From an uncultured Nitrososphaeraceae archaeon (GTDB taxonomy: Archaea; Thermoproteota; Nitrososphaeria; Nitrososphaerales; Nitrososphaeraceae), in contig CAVXZB010000006.1 in assembly GCA_963765895.1 (NCBI GenBank), forward strand, positions 1 to 64,000: a stretch of 64,000 bases of DNA. Direction: 5' to 3'. How positions within the stretch are numbered: position 1 is the first letter of the stretch; the number at the start of each line of letters is the position of its first letter. Both the position numbers and the translations under genes were made by a program. The notes beneath the pieces were generated by a model that saw nothing but the letters and a program-made list of their open reading frames with translations, searched no databases and was not told the origin of the DNA. This document shows, piece by piece, positions 51,531 through 62,927 of the stretch.

Positions 51531-52265
51531 ATGGTGGTTGGAACTGACTGCAGTTTCATGCCGAAACTAACCGTATTGGTCATTCTTTTCGGAGTAATCC
51601 TTACGCTTAGCACTATGTCATTAATTACAAGTGTAAAGGCGGATAGCATGAATGTTGGTGTATATGCCAAGGATTCCAAGCCATTTGGTATTTCATATCA
51701 AAATTGGATTAATAAATGGTGGCAGTGGAATATGGGGATTCCATCTGCAGAACATCCAAGAGATCATTTCACCCCCTCAAGATGCACTATCAATCAAAAT
51801 GGGCCAGTATGGTTCTTGGCCGATCTCTTAAGCGGGAAGGAAGAACGCACTTGTGCTATCCCTGCTGATAAAGCTATTCTTGTGCCTCTGCTCACTGGAA
51901 ACTGTGATGCTGACTTTACTACTCCAAATGCTCCTGCTAGTGAAAGCAATCCTAACCTAATTCAGTGTGCTAAGGCAGGCGACGAGTATGGGGCTATAAG
52001 TGCCAGCCTAGATGAAAGAAACCTACAGAAATTAGAGCAATATAGAACACTGACTGGATTTTTCAATCTAATTGTGCCGAAAGATAATGTTTTCAAGAAT
52101 CGGCCGGGCACATGGAAATCAGTTAATGATGGGTTCTTTGTATTTTTAGAGCCATTGCCACCTGGCAAACATGATCTTCATCTTAAAACAAATGTAATTA
52201 ATCCGATCAATCCGTCATATAATTATTCTGCTGATTTGTTGTATCATTTAATAGTAAAGCCATAG
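51531..52265 (+). CDS. Secreted protein of the WWQW/GPVWFLA family, function unknown
   Basis: Signal peptide ending VKA; KPFGISY...WWQW, CTINQNGPVWFLA, ERTCAIP, DGFFVFLEPLPPGKHDL. Confidence 0.85.
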   Translation: MVVGTDCSFMPKLTVLVILFGVILTLSTMSLITSVKADSMNVGVYAKDSKPFGISYQNWINKWWQWNMGIPSAEHPRDHFTPSRCTINQNGPVWFLADLLSGKEERTCAIPADKAILVPLLTGNCDADFTTPNAPASESNPNLIQCAKAGDEYGAISASLDERNLQKLEQYRTLTGFFNLIVPKDNVFKNRPGTWKSVNDGFFVFLEPLPPGKHDLHLKTNVINPINPSYNYSADLLYHLIVKP

Positions 52266-53063
52266 CTTACAGGATTTGGTTAATTCAATATCAATAGATC
52301 AAAATAATTCATCTCCCATGTCTCCTTTTCAAATATTTGGGAGATGCTTCGTATGTCAACCTACTAAATTATATAATTATTCATCAGCAATTATTTTTCA
52401 AAAACTATATTACTATAGTAGAGATATATCCTTCCGGCCCCATCTATTTCCAAGCGCTATAACTTATGTCCTTTCAAAATAGTGTATGAGAATATGAGAT
52501 AAATAGAAAGGCTATATCTCTTAATGAACATGCTATCAAATGGAAATCCTAAATACGCAGAATGTGAAGATAGGGGCTTCAAATGATTACAACTAGACCG
52601 CATTAATGGTATTGTGAGATGGATGGATAGAAATGGTTTCAAACCTTGACTTTGGCATATCAGTTTTCGTGGACTGATCTCAATAGCCGTATCCTATTAT
52701 TGTGTTAAGGATAAATGATAGTATACTACTTAAAATATCATACTGTCATTAACAGCTAATGCCGCCTCACACACTCACTAGCCCTAGAACAGAGTATTTA
52801 GTGTTGGTAACTATCACTTATGCCGTCTAAAGGTAGGGCAGTAAGCATTTAATATTTTATGTATGCGGTATTTGTGTATGCTCATTCATCCCTTATGTTA
52901 TTCCTGTTCTTCATCTATGAATTTAGAGCATTCACATTCTAAACAAAATTCAACTGGTCTGATTTTTCCGGTTTCTATATTTGCAATTGTTGAATACAGG
53001 TGATATAGTTTGGGATGTTTGCATTTGCAAATTGCAGCCTCACTTGTTTGATTTGACTGCCAC

Positions 53064-53360
53064 TCAATTTTTGTCAATGGCTAAGTCCAGGATAGGATTT
53101 ACGGAATTGATAATAATCCTTGCTATGTATTTATCAATACCAAGTATTTCCGCTAGGTCATTTGATGACATGCTTTTCAATAGTTCTATTCTAAAGCTGT
53201 AGGCTAGAAGTAATTCCTTCAAGCCATCGGCTATGTCGAGTTGATCAACTGCATCTATATAGCTTATAAGCTGTGGTTGTTGTTGTCGCATTAAATTGAG
53301 TAATGAATTAAAAGACTCAGATTGAATAATCGCATTGTCGGTTTTAATTGCGATACTCAT
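53064..53360 (-). CDS. Small protein with helix-hairpin-helix-like segment
   Basis: VDQLDIADGLKELL...SSNDLAEILGIDKYIARII. Confidence 0.6.
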   Translation of the reverse strand: MSIAIKTDNAIIQSESFNSLLNLMRQQQPQLISYIDAVDQLDIADGLKELLLAYSFRIELLKSMSSNDLAEILGIDKYIARIIINSVNPILDLAIDKN

Positions 53361-54274
53361 ATTTGCCTATAACCTTTATATTATTTAACATCATCTTAAA
53401 GCAAGATATTAAAAAATAGATGTTATATGACCTGTATGATTTACTAAAATACTTATTATGGATCCATTAATCATTTCAGACGATTCATGTGGTTAGAATA
53501 CTTGAGTTAGCTACTTTCATGCGATCGTGATAGAATTCAGCCAAACTATATCTTTGGGGGGAATCAGCCAGCCCTATGACTAGGCTATACGCGGCTAAAT
53601 GCACGATCGAATGGTTGAATATTCACTCATGCTATAGCCATAATAAGTAAAGTTATTTTTATTAAATGATTCTAGGACTAAAACTTTGCTTATATTTTGT
53701 TATACAAACCTGCAACAGACATTAGTTGACATAATGCATCAGGCTTATTTATTATACTAACAAAAAGTGATTATTTGTTTACCTGTTGCCTTCAACAAAC
53801 AGACCATTGGTATAGCAAACTAACATATTCAGAAACAGTTTCACCCATACCTCGTCTGGCAACACGCCTTTCAAGGTGATTATAAAGTGCTGTGGACAGA
53901 ATAATAGGAATTCCTTCAAGATAGATAATATTTCGTTTCGATACGGCTTAGCAATCGTGCCAGTCATACCCGTGTTTTATACTCCAGATTATATTATTAG
54001 GTTTCATATTCCATGTATTCATAGTTCATCCACTTGTGAAGAATAACCAGAAGTGTAAACTAAGCGCGAGACGTAAACATGTTAATAAAATCTTAATTCT
54101 TTTAATTTAACTTCGTCTTTAACATTCATAAAATAATTCACGATTTTGTCCATGTTATTCTTCCAATATAGCTTGCGAAACTATAGATGTGTCTTCAAAT
54201 GTATCTCTATTATGCAACATATAATCAAGTCTTTGAATTCTTTCTTTCTTTTCTCATATCTTCTTGTAGCTTTA

Positions 54275-54622
54275 CTAAGCCGATCTTAGTTCATAATAAT
54301 GATTCACTTTACCGTCATCGCAAATGTCCTGCTTCTTCATCATAAGAAAGTTGCTAATACCATTGTTACAAGAGTGTTGTAATGTAGGTCTTAACTCATG
54401 GTCGCAAACACTTGAGCCTGCTGGCAGTTGTTTCATGCATTGACTCACCAAATTATTACTGGCTGCATTTGCTTCATTAAATGATTTTCGTAATCCCTGA
54501 TATACATTCCACCCTCCCCACAGAATTAGTCCTAAAAAGAAAATACTTAATCCAATACCGAATATTCCTTTTGATGACATAGCACTTGCTTCTTTTCTGT
54601 TTGTTATAAACAAAATATACAA
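54275..54622 (-). CDS. Small membrane-anchored protein with 4 Cys
   Basis: One N-terminal TM helix followed by a Cys-containing domain. Confidence 0.55.
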   Translation of the reverse strand: MYILFITNRKEASAMSSKGIFGIGLSIFFLGLILWGGWNVYQGLRKSFNEANAASNNLVSQCMKQLPAGSSVCDHELRPTLQHSCNNGISNFLMMKKQDICDDGKVNHYYELRSA

Positions 54623-54707
54623 GGGTTACTGATTATCTAGTAGATAGACTTCACAATCTTTCCAAAATTATGCTGTTTTAGGGATGTGTTACCATAATCG
54701 CAATAAT

Positions 54708-54875
54708 CATACTGGTTGCTACGGATGGAGTTATACAGCTTGGCAAGGACCATTTTATATTCCTAATCTGGAAAATCCTAGATGGATGAGTCACTATTCC
54801 TACATTTTACTTTTGTAGAAATTGATTCTTCCTTTTATCGGCTTCTCAATGCATTTACGGTTAAGAATTGTTGCG
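54708..54875 (+). pseudogene. Second DUF72 N-terminal fragment
   Basis: HTGCYGWSYTAWQGPFYIPNLENPRWMSHYS / FVEIDSSFYRLLNAFTVKN, colinear with the 45072 copy. Confidence 0.85.
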
Positions 54876-54988
54876 ACAATTATACGATCGCAATCTACAA
54901 ACACAAATTTTTCTAAAAAATCTCTTGCAAAGTCAATTTCAAATGAGCGACATCTCTTGAATTAGTATTTAGGTAATATTATTTGAGA

Positions 54989-55944
54989 GGCTCTGTAGAA
55001 ACCATGTTCTGAATACCGTTAGAGCTTTCTAGACGTATGATCCAATATGGATGTTGAAAGAATCAAGATATGTTAGGCTGGCTAATACTATGTACCGTGT
55101 CTTGAGAAATTCAAGGATACCATTGTTTCTTCACAGAAAGAGCAATCATGTATTTATGATATGGCAGCATTTAGTATTACTTACAATAAGACAGTACAAA
55201 GGTAAGAGTTATAGGATGTTTGTCGAGTGGTTAGTCGAGGCACATTACCTTAGATCGTACCTACGATTGTCACGTATTCCTCATTTTACAACATTGCAAA
55301 AGTTTACAGACAGACAGAATTAGCAATTCACTGCTTGAGAAGATAATTTCGTCATTCATTGTAATTAGCTGTACGAAGCATATCTTTGTAGGAATAGATT
55401 CAACAGGATTTAAAATAACTCATGCTTCACAGTATTATGATGAACGAATAGAAGCAAGAAGAAAATATGCGAAATTATCTATTGGAGCTGACGTACTACA
55501 ACAGATTATCTGAAACATAAGGATAAGACGAGCTCCTACAAGACATGATAATGTAGATTTCAAGCCAATCATAACAAGAATAGCTGAAATTCTACCACTA
55601 TCCGTAGTTACAGCTGATAATGGATATGATAATGAAGATAATCATCAGTTGGTAAGAGAAACCTTGCATGCATTCAGTGTTATTCCAGCTCGATATGAAC
55701 ATGTACCGATATGGAGAACACATGGCAGATATAGAAAGCAGATGAAACGTGGATATAACGAACTATTGTACAATCAACGAAACAAGGATGAGACCATAAT
55801 GTCTGTCATAAAACGACTATTTGGAGAATATATTTCTTCAAGGCTAGTAAAAACACAGAACAGGGAACTATCATTCAGATGCATAGCCTATAACATGCAC
55901 AGGCTAACGAATATTGTCATTTTTGTGATGATTTCTACATGGCC
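54989..55944 (+). mobile_element. IS5-family insertion sequence, 956 bp
   Basis: 17-bp imperfect TIRs (GGCTCTGTAGAAACCAT / GGCCATGTAGAAATCAT) and 9-bp target duplication TATTTGAGA at 54980-54988 and 55945-55953. Confidence 0.9.
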
Positions 55945-55951
55945 TATTTGA
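55051..55951 (+). pseudogene. DDE transposase, frameshift near 55310 and TGA at 55511-55513
   Basis: PHFTTLQKF, GIDSTGF, TADNGYD, YNQRNKDETIMSVIKR. Confidence 0.9.
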
Positions 55952-56321
55952 GACTACAATCCATTACTTCGTTTATAATTTTTAATAGATCTTCATTTGT
56001 CACAGGCTTTTGAATTATACAGTTGTCTGGTAGTGAAGAAAGAATATCTGAATATTCTCCATAGTTAATTTCTGCAGCTGTAAGAATACACACTTTCATC
56101 TTGTCATCAAGTTTTTTAATCTCTCTATAAAAGGAAAAACCATTCATCTTTGGCATCTTTATGTCAAGAAGTAATAGATAGTAAAAATGAGGTTTAAAGT
56201 TCTCTAAAGCATCGAGTGGATTATCAAATGAATCAACAGTAAAACCATTTGATTTGAATATCTCACGTAATGCAGTATTGATGTGAGCCTCATCATCGAC
56301 TATAATGATTCTCTTTGACAT
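55944..56321 (-). CDS. Stand-alone response regulator
   Basis: MSKRIIIVDDE, LDIKMPKMNG, CILTA, QKP; closest paralogue of 48800-49177. Confidence 0.93.
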   Translation of the reverse strand: MSKRIIIVDDEAHINTALREIFKSNGFTVDSFDNPLDALENFKPHFYYLLLLDIKMPKMNGFSFYREIKKLDDKMKVCILTAAEINYGEYSDILSSLPDNCIIQKPVTNEDLLKIINEVMDCSLK

Positions 56322-56761
56322 TTTATTTTACCATTGATTTTTTCATTTCTTTTTTCAGATTTGATCCTACATACTGAATTCATTGAATCGCTTGACTATA
56401 CCTGCAATCTTTTATGGTCTTGTCGGCTGTCATATATGATATATAATGCCAAGCTGTCTCAGGTCGAAATGGAGTTATAACAAACTCTAAAGCAGGGATT
56501 GAATGTTCAAACATATAGATGAATTATTAATGGGACATATTTTTATTCTGGTAGACAGTTATCTTGATTAGTAATAAATATTGTATATTTATTGGAGCTA
56601 GCCAGGTGTCGCTCAATAAAAATTCTAAAACCTAGATAGACAAAGCATTCTTTATAACGTGGTGTTCTACAGAAGTTTGACATAGCATATAAATTAGATT
56701 CTTGAAAATCCTTAATATCACTTTGATGAGCCAAAATATTATGCAAATGGTTATCCTAGTA

Positions 56762-57200
56762 TTAATCTAATTCTGAGGCTAATCTTTCAATTAAATATTT
56801 TATCGACACTAGCTTTTCGATAAAACATCCAAAACCTACATTACGGTATACTTCTCTTAGAGCCTGGATATTTACTGCTAATGCAGACATAAAACATACT
56901 CTCATGTTAACATCTAATTCTAATAACTTTTCACATAACTGAAAGCCATTCATGTTTGGCATATAAATATCGGTTAGAAGAAGATCATAATAATGTGGTT
57001 TGAATTGTGTCAATACCAATAAAGGATTGTTATATGCGTATACTTCAAATCTTTTCTTGTTGTCACCATCGCCATAATAATGACCGTCTAAACCCACTTT
57101 GAAAGTTAATGTAATGTCGGGATCATCATCTATGACAAGTATCCTTTTGATAAATGGTGATTTTGGTTGTGGTTGTTCTTTTGTTTCCGTTCCTATGATG
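56762..57200 (-). CDS. Stand-alone response regulator (start uncertain)
   Basis: Frame stays open upstream of the listed ORF: KRILVIDDDPDITLTFKVGL; TDIYMPNMNG, CFMSA, EKL. Confidence 0.85.
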
Positions 57201-57566
57201 GTATCTAAACGTGATCCCTGGCTTTGTAGGTAATTAGGATCAGTAAGTGAGGGAGAAGACCTGGAAAGATAATGTTGATGAAGACAATCATCCTCACTGT
57301 TACTATAGGAATGACGAAATGAACCAATCCCATTATCTAAAATTGGATAAGAATTATGGTTTTAGTTCGGGTAAGCAATATTCTCGTATATTTCAACTTT
57401 CGACCCCATCTCTATATAACTTTCTATGTTTCTATCGTTAAAAGATCCTCTATCCGACTGTTCCAAATTTTTGGACCTCGAGGCATATGTAATCCTTTAT
57501 TGCGTTGTAGATAATAATAATGTCTATCATCGCATTGGCAAAAACTTTTACTTTAGAGGCGAGAAT

Positions 57567-58091
57567 ATGACAAATAACCCTACTGACACCAACACCGCAG
57601 CAGACAAACCTCTTGTCCTCAATTCAGTTGAAATCGACAAACTTCTTTCGATGAGACTAATAGCTAACCTCGCTACACCTGATGAAGACGGCAGTATTCA
57701 TCTCATGCCTATATAGTTTCTGCGAATCCATAACGACATTTGCATCTCTGCTTCTCGCTATACACACAAGTATCGAAACCTTGTAAGTAGGCCATGTGCA
57801 TCAGTAATAATTGATATATCAAGAGCCGGCTTGAATCTCAAAGGAGTATTGATCACAGGTCAAGTAGAACTTGTTGTTGAAGATGAGACCCGGAAGATTA
57901 ATCACTTGATTCATTTGAAATATGTGACACAGGAGACATTGGATGATCCAACTGTCGCATCATATCTTTCGAAAGGGGATGACGTAACTGTAAAGGTGCA
58001 TATGGAACGCTTGATCAGCTGGAATCTAAATGACTCTCAAGCTGGGATGGCTCTTCGCAGAGGCGGCTGGTTCCACCCACTAGACGGTTAG
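57567..58091 (+). pseudogene. Pyridoxamine 5'-phosphate oxidase-like protein with in-frame TAG at 57714-57716
   Basis: ANLATPDEDGSIHLMPI*F (Trp expected) ...KYRNL...ASVIID...GVLITG. Confidence 0.85.
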
Positions 58092-58289
58092 ATAGATGAA
58101 AAATATTGAAGGGGTTTTTGGATTAAAACATACTGATTAAGGCATAAGTTTCTACGAATTAGAATGTATTGAAATTCTTGTTTGATTGTGTTACCTTGAT
58201 ATTCCTTATTACCGTGTCATGTTCTACTGACTGATTTGCCTGAAGAGGTTCTCGTATCACTTCTGCACTTATTGTGTCATCTCCAACCG

Positions 58290-58530
58290 GCAAGCTTTTA
58301 CAATTCTTAATTATAAAGTATGTAAAGAGTTCCTTTAGAGAATGCCGACTAGATAAGAGAAAGACTAAGGTTTTCTACATAATTTCATTATCTTCACTTT
58401 CTCTACTAGCAGTTCTTATGGGTATTCTGATATTCGAGCAGTTCGTTAACAACTACTACGATACAGCAATCAGCATTTCTATCATTGCAACAAGCTACGG
58501 AATAGCAGCTTACGTTCTGTCAGAAATGTC
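58290..58530 (+). pseudogene. Internal fragment of a third paralogue of the 30116/50043 membrane family
   Basis: LQFLIIKYVK...GILIFEQFVNNYYDTAISISIIATSY aligns by eye with GQFIILRFVK...LLIIVQMVIFMRYDIFFMKLIIWISC. Confidence 0.55.
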
Positions 58531-58733
58531 CAAAACTTATCGAAATCATCAGGAAAATATTCTAGTGCATAAGGTGTTCCTCTGAGTTGAATCCAATCAT
58601 TTAATGGAATTATTTCTTTACCTCTCCAGTCATTTGAGCCATTACCATCACCATTACCATCACCATCACCATTTAGATAATCAAATCTTTCAATCTTTTT
58701 AGACAGATTATTGATTGATCTCTCTAGATTCAA
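58482..58733 (-). CDS. Hypothetical protein overlapping the upstream HTH gene, probably 3'-truncated
   Basis: MNLERSINNLSKKIE coiled N-terminus and G(D/N) repeat; its 3' end runs antisense into the membrane fragment. Confidence 0.4.
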   Translation of the reverse strand: MNLERSINNLSKKIERFDYLNGDGDGNGDGNGSNDWRGKEIIPLNDWIQLRGTPYALEYFPDDFDKFWTFLTERKLLFRSLLQ

Positions 58734-59133
58734 TGGTTTGTAGTCTCTCCTCTAATGACTTGATATGCATAATTGATTGACCTTCCTTAAACAATGCAAA
58801 CTTGGCTTCATTACATTCCCTTATTACTTTCAAAGCTAAAAGTTTGTCTTTCGGTGTTAGGTTGCTGTTGTTATTATCCTGTCCTTTGAATATCTCCCAG
58901 CCTTTTCTTCTTACCTCTTCTATTCCATCAATACATTGTTTGTAATAATATGCTAAATCCGACTTTGCTAAATCAAATACGAATCGCTGCGATAATAGTT
59001 TTAGCGCTTTGATATCTCTACTAATGGTTGATTGGTCTACTCTCGGTTCCTATGCTATTTCAGTTTCTGTCATTGACTGTGCTAACAATGTTGCAACTTT
59101 CCGTCTTCTTTCTTCGATCTCGTATTTATGCAA
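58708..59133 (-). pseudogene. N-terminal HTH helical protein with in-frame TAG at 59050-59052
   Basis: Manual translation IEERRRKVATLLAQSMTETEIA*EPRVDQSTISRDIKAL...KLLALKVIRECNEAKFALF...LEERLQTIE; 142 codons; absent from the ORF track. Confidence 0.8.
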
Positions 59134-59447
59134 CTCTTATCTCAAGTAATGCATTAATCTCCTCTTAAAGTTTAGCTTTATGCATTTTCAAATACTCATG
59201 CATCAATCAATGTTTGATCTAATAGCTTGAAATATGGTGATAAGTTTTAAAACGTGTAGGTCAAGTAACAAGTATAGTTGACAAATCTCTACTATTAAGA
59301 ACTAACATTTTTTGTTAGATGGTTTGCATTGCAGAGATTTGATCAGCACAAAAACTCCATGATGGTTAAAATAGAGTGTGACTAGTATTGGGTTCTGAGC
59401 GTATAGTATAGGTAGTTTATATACTGTCATTATATACACATGTTATA

Positions 59448-60311
59448 GTGATTATACAATATAAAACTGTCAAAGTAAATGGCGTTAATATATTTTACAG
59501 ACAAGCTGAAAATATCAAAAAGCCAACTATTTTACTCCTTCATGGTTTCCCATCTTCATAACACATGTTTCGAAATCTAATCAAAGAACTTGCAGACGAA
59601 TATAATATTATTGCTCCGGACTATCCAGGATTTGGAAACAGTGACCAACCTCCAATCGATGAGTTTGAATATACATTTGACAACTTGGCCAATGTAATAA
59701 ACAATTTTGTTAAGGAAATAAAACTAGACAAATATAGTATTTATGTTCATGACTATGGTGCTCCAGTTGGATTCGGACTAGCAGTCAAACATCCTGAACG
59801 AATACAAACGATTATTACTCAGAATGGTAATGCCTATGAGGAAGGACTGCTACCTGCTTGGGATCCAATACGTGCGTATTGGGAACATCCTACGGAAGAA
59901 AATAAGAAAAAATTAAGAAGCCTTTTTACTGCTGACTTTACAAAATATCAGTATGTGAACGGGACTCGCAATCCCGCAGTAATCAGTCCAGATTCATGGA
60001 ATATTGATCAGTTTGTATTGGATCGTCCAGGTAATAAAGAAATACAACTTGCATTATTTTATAACTACCAAAATAATTTGAAGCAATATACTATATGGCA
60101 GCAATACTTTAGAGCACATCAGCCTCCAACGTTAGTGGCATGGGGGAAAAATGATATTTTCTTTGGGCCGCAAGGTGCATTAGCATTCCAGAGGGATATT
60201 AAAGATGTCGAAGTTCACTTATTAAACACTGGACATTTCCCATTAGAAGAGAATTTAGATGTTAGTGTCAGCCTGATAAAACGATTTTTGGCTGAACGAA
60301 TTATATTTTAA
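59448..60311 (+). pseudogene. Alpha/beta hydrolase (epoxide-hydrolase-like) with in-frame TAA at 59559-59561
   Basis: LLLHGFPSS*HMFRNLI, APDYPGFG, HDYGAPVG, TQNGNAY, TGHF. Confidence 0.92.
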
Positions 60312-60511
60312 TTGTATGTGCGAAGGCTATGCACTATCCACTTGGTGTAGACAAACGCCAAATGACCAAGCCGTTAACCTAAGAAAGAATTCAATAATAT
60401 TTAAACCAATAGCCTTTTAACTCATAGGTGATTGTGCTTGTCATGATGTAATGAATTATTTGTATTTAGAACAAGTAGGCTATCATACACAATTTGATAA
60501 TCGATATTGAT

Positions 60512-60557
60512 TTTTCAATTGTCGATTAATGTGATTTTCAATTGTCGATTAATGTGA
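60512..60557. repeat. 23-bp tandem duplication
   Basis: TTTTCAATTGTCGATTAATGTGA x2. Confidence 0.9.
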
Positions 60558-60790
60558 TAATCCAATGAAATGATTAAAGCAGCAATCTACCTTCGTTATT
60601 GAATCTTCTTGTTTGTGTTGTTTGATGTCCCAATCCCGAATGACTTGTTTCGCAATATTTCAAATAGGCTGGATTATAGGTATGAGTTGTCTAAGGTAAC
60701 TCTTTTACTGAAATCTTAATGTCACTTGTAGTATAATGACAGCTAATCTTTAGCTTTTTATCTAATACTTTGTTTCTTAAATGAAATTTA

Positions 60791-61261
60791 TCAGGTAAAT
60801 TTTGCTCCAACTATCTCTGTATCTATGAAGTTCTGGAAATCAGGATTAAACCATTTGTCTGTCTCTATTTGCTTCCATGTTTCTTTGATAGTTCCTCTTC
60901 GAAAGATGTGTCTCATCCATTGTATCCAACCTGCCCATTCATTATCATCAAGTATATTTCTTTTATGCATAGCATATGCATGGGAACATATCCACAATAT
61001 ATAAAATGAGTATGCTCCCTCTTGTGATACTTCTGCTTCGTTATCTATCACTCTTCGTATCGACGGATCTTCGATAGCACGCTCTACCATCTTGAGATAC
61101 TTTTCACCCAAGTCATTAAGACCTCTGGTTTGCGTATCAATTGACAGACTCTGTCATAGCTTCTTTGAGAAAAAAAGTGTCAACACCATAGTTCCCACTA
61201 TTCAAATTGTTTGTGCTACACTCAGCATGTCAGAAAATCCTATTACGATCCCTTCAACCAT
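60791..61261 (-). pseudogene. Membrane-anchored hypothetical protein, TGA at 61202-61204 plus frameshift
   Basis: MLSVAQTI*IVGTMVLTLFFSKK / QSLSIDTQTRGLNDLGEK...EWAGWIQWMR...WFNPDFQNF. Confidence 0.7.
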
Positions 61262-61569
61262 TAGCCAAAATCATATACGTATTGATAATAAGCATTATTG
61301 ACATAGTAAAGAGAGCTTTAGCTTTATCTACTCATAAAGAATGGATATGAGATATAAGATTATAGCTATTATGCAGCTAAATAAGAACTAAAGTATTGAT
61401 GAATGACCCATTTGAGCTACCATCTTTAGAAGAGATTGCAAGCCATCGAAGCTCTAGAGATCTCCCACGATTCTGTCAGGTGTCAAAGATGCTGATTTTG
61501 AATTTTCTTCTTAGCATATATCATTTGATAAGAGTAAAATCAATATCGATAATAAGAATAATGTGAGCC

Positions 61570-61765
61570 GCGCAATTATCTTCAGATCATTATTATCTGA
61601 TACCACATATCCATTAATGGTTGGATTAGGACCAACATATGTTACATCAATCCTTTTTGCGAGTAATGCCTCAATAGCAGATGGACCTACGTTAAATACA
61701 GTTGTTTGGATATTTACATTCTTGCCCAATGCTTTCTGAAAATCTCCATCCATAATCCAATTACT
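61570..61765 (-). pseudogene. Internal fragment of an SsuA-like ABC substrate-binding protein
   Basis: GDFQKALG...FNVGPSAIEALLAKRIDVTYVGPNPTINGY. Confidence 0.8.
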
Positions 61766-61944
61766 GCCTGAGCATGGTTTATGTTTGGAAAGTAGCCTAC
61801 GCACAAAATCTACTCGATGTAAAAAATTTTTTAATGCTGACGCTTTACTAGGGCATAATGTGTTAGTCGAATGAAGAACAAAGAAAAATCAATAGCAAGA
61901 GAAGCAGATACAAAGCTAAAATATCAGACAAATTATAAGGTGAT

Positions 61945-62627
61945 ATGTCTGCAACAGCTTCATCCACAACAACTACTACCAAGACTAACACTATTCCAAA
62001 ATGGAAGGCTTCTGGAGACTGGTTTGATGTCTGTAAATGTAATATACCGTGTCCTTGTGAATTTGCTCAAGCACCAACCTACGAGGAATGCGATGGTATT
62101 TTGGCGTATCATATCAAAGAAGGTAACTACGGTAATATTTCACTTAACAGTTTAAACGTATTAGCCATAGGAGCCTTCAAAGGTAACATTTGGACTGGAG
62201 ATGGATTGACAAAAGAGTAAATATGGCTATCTTTTTTGATGATAAAGCTGATGACAAGCAGAGAGACGCACTCAATGAGATTTTTAGTGGAAGAGCTGGT
62301 GGTTTTATGGCTGAATTTGCAAAACTCATAGGTGAAATCCGTGTAATAGAGTATGCGCCTATCAAATTTGAGCTAGCGGATGATCTCTCCCATTGGAGTG
62401 CAGAGATACCGGGTAAAATCCTAGCAAGAGCTGAAGCATTAACTGGACCTACTACGCCTCCAGGCAAACGAGTTCAAACTATTAATCCACCTGGAAGCGA
62501 AGTAGGACCAGGAGGAGTTGCAACATGGGGAAGATCCCTTGCTGATGAGGCTGATGCAATGGGCTTCAAATGGGCAAGAAAAGAAAGATCAAGTAAGCAT
62601 ATTCCTTTTGATTGGAGTGGTCCATAA
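61945..62627 (+). pseudogene. DUF1326 domain protein, frameshift near 62215
   Basis: WFDVCKCNIPCPC...CDG...YHIKEGNYG then FFDDKADDKQRDALNEIFSGRAGG. Confidence 0.88.
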
Positions 62628-62927
62628 CCCCTTGGCTTTCTGAACTATCAGAACAGCGAGCAGTTTAGAAAACCCTATTTTTTGTTATTTCAGCCTCATT
62701 CATCGATTGTGTAAATAAAGTGGTAACATTACTTTATTCTTTCTTTCTTATCTTTATAGTTTGCACAGATTTATTTGAGTGCTTTTCCCATTCTATATCC
62801 TTTTTAATTACTTCGAACCAATCGATTCCATCCCATCGTAAGTCCAACAAAAGTCAGTCAAGAGTTACTTGGATAAGATTCCAGTCTTTTTCTTTTTACA
62901 TCAATCTTTCTTTCCATTGCGTATCTT

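Noticed and set aside
60512-60557. Repeats as a possible CRISPR array (also 47512/47859)
   Set aside because: Only two copies each, no regular spacers, no cas genes.
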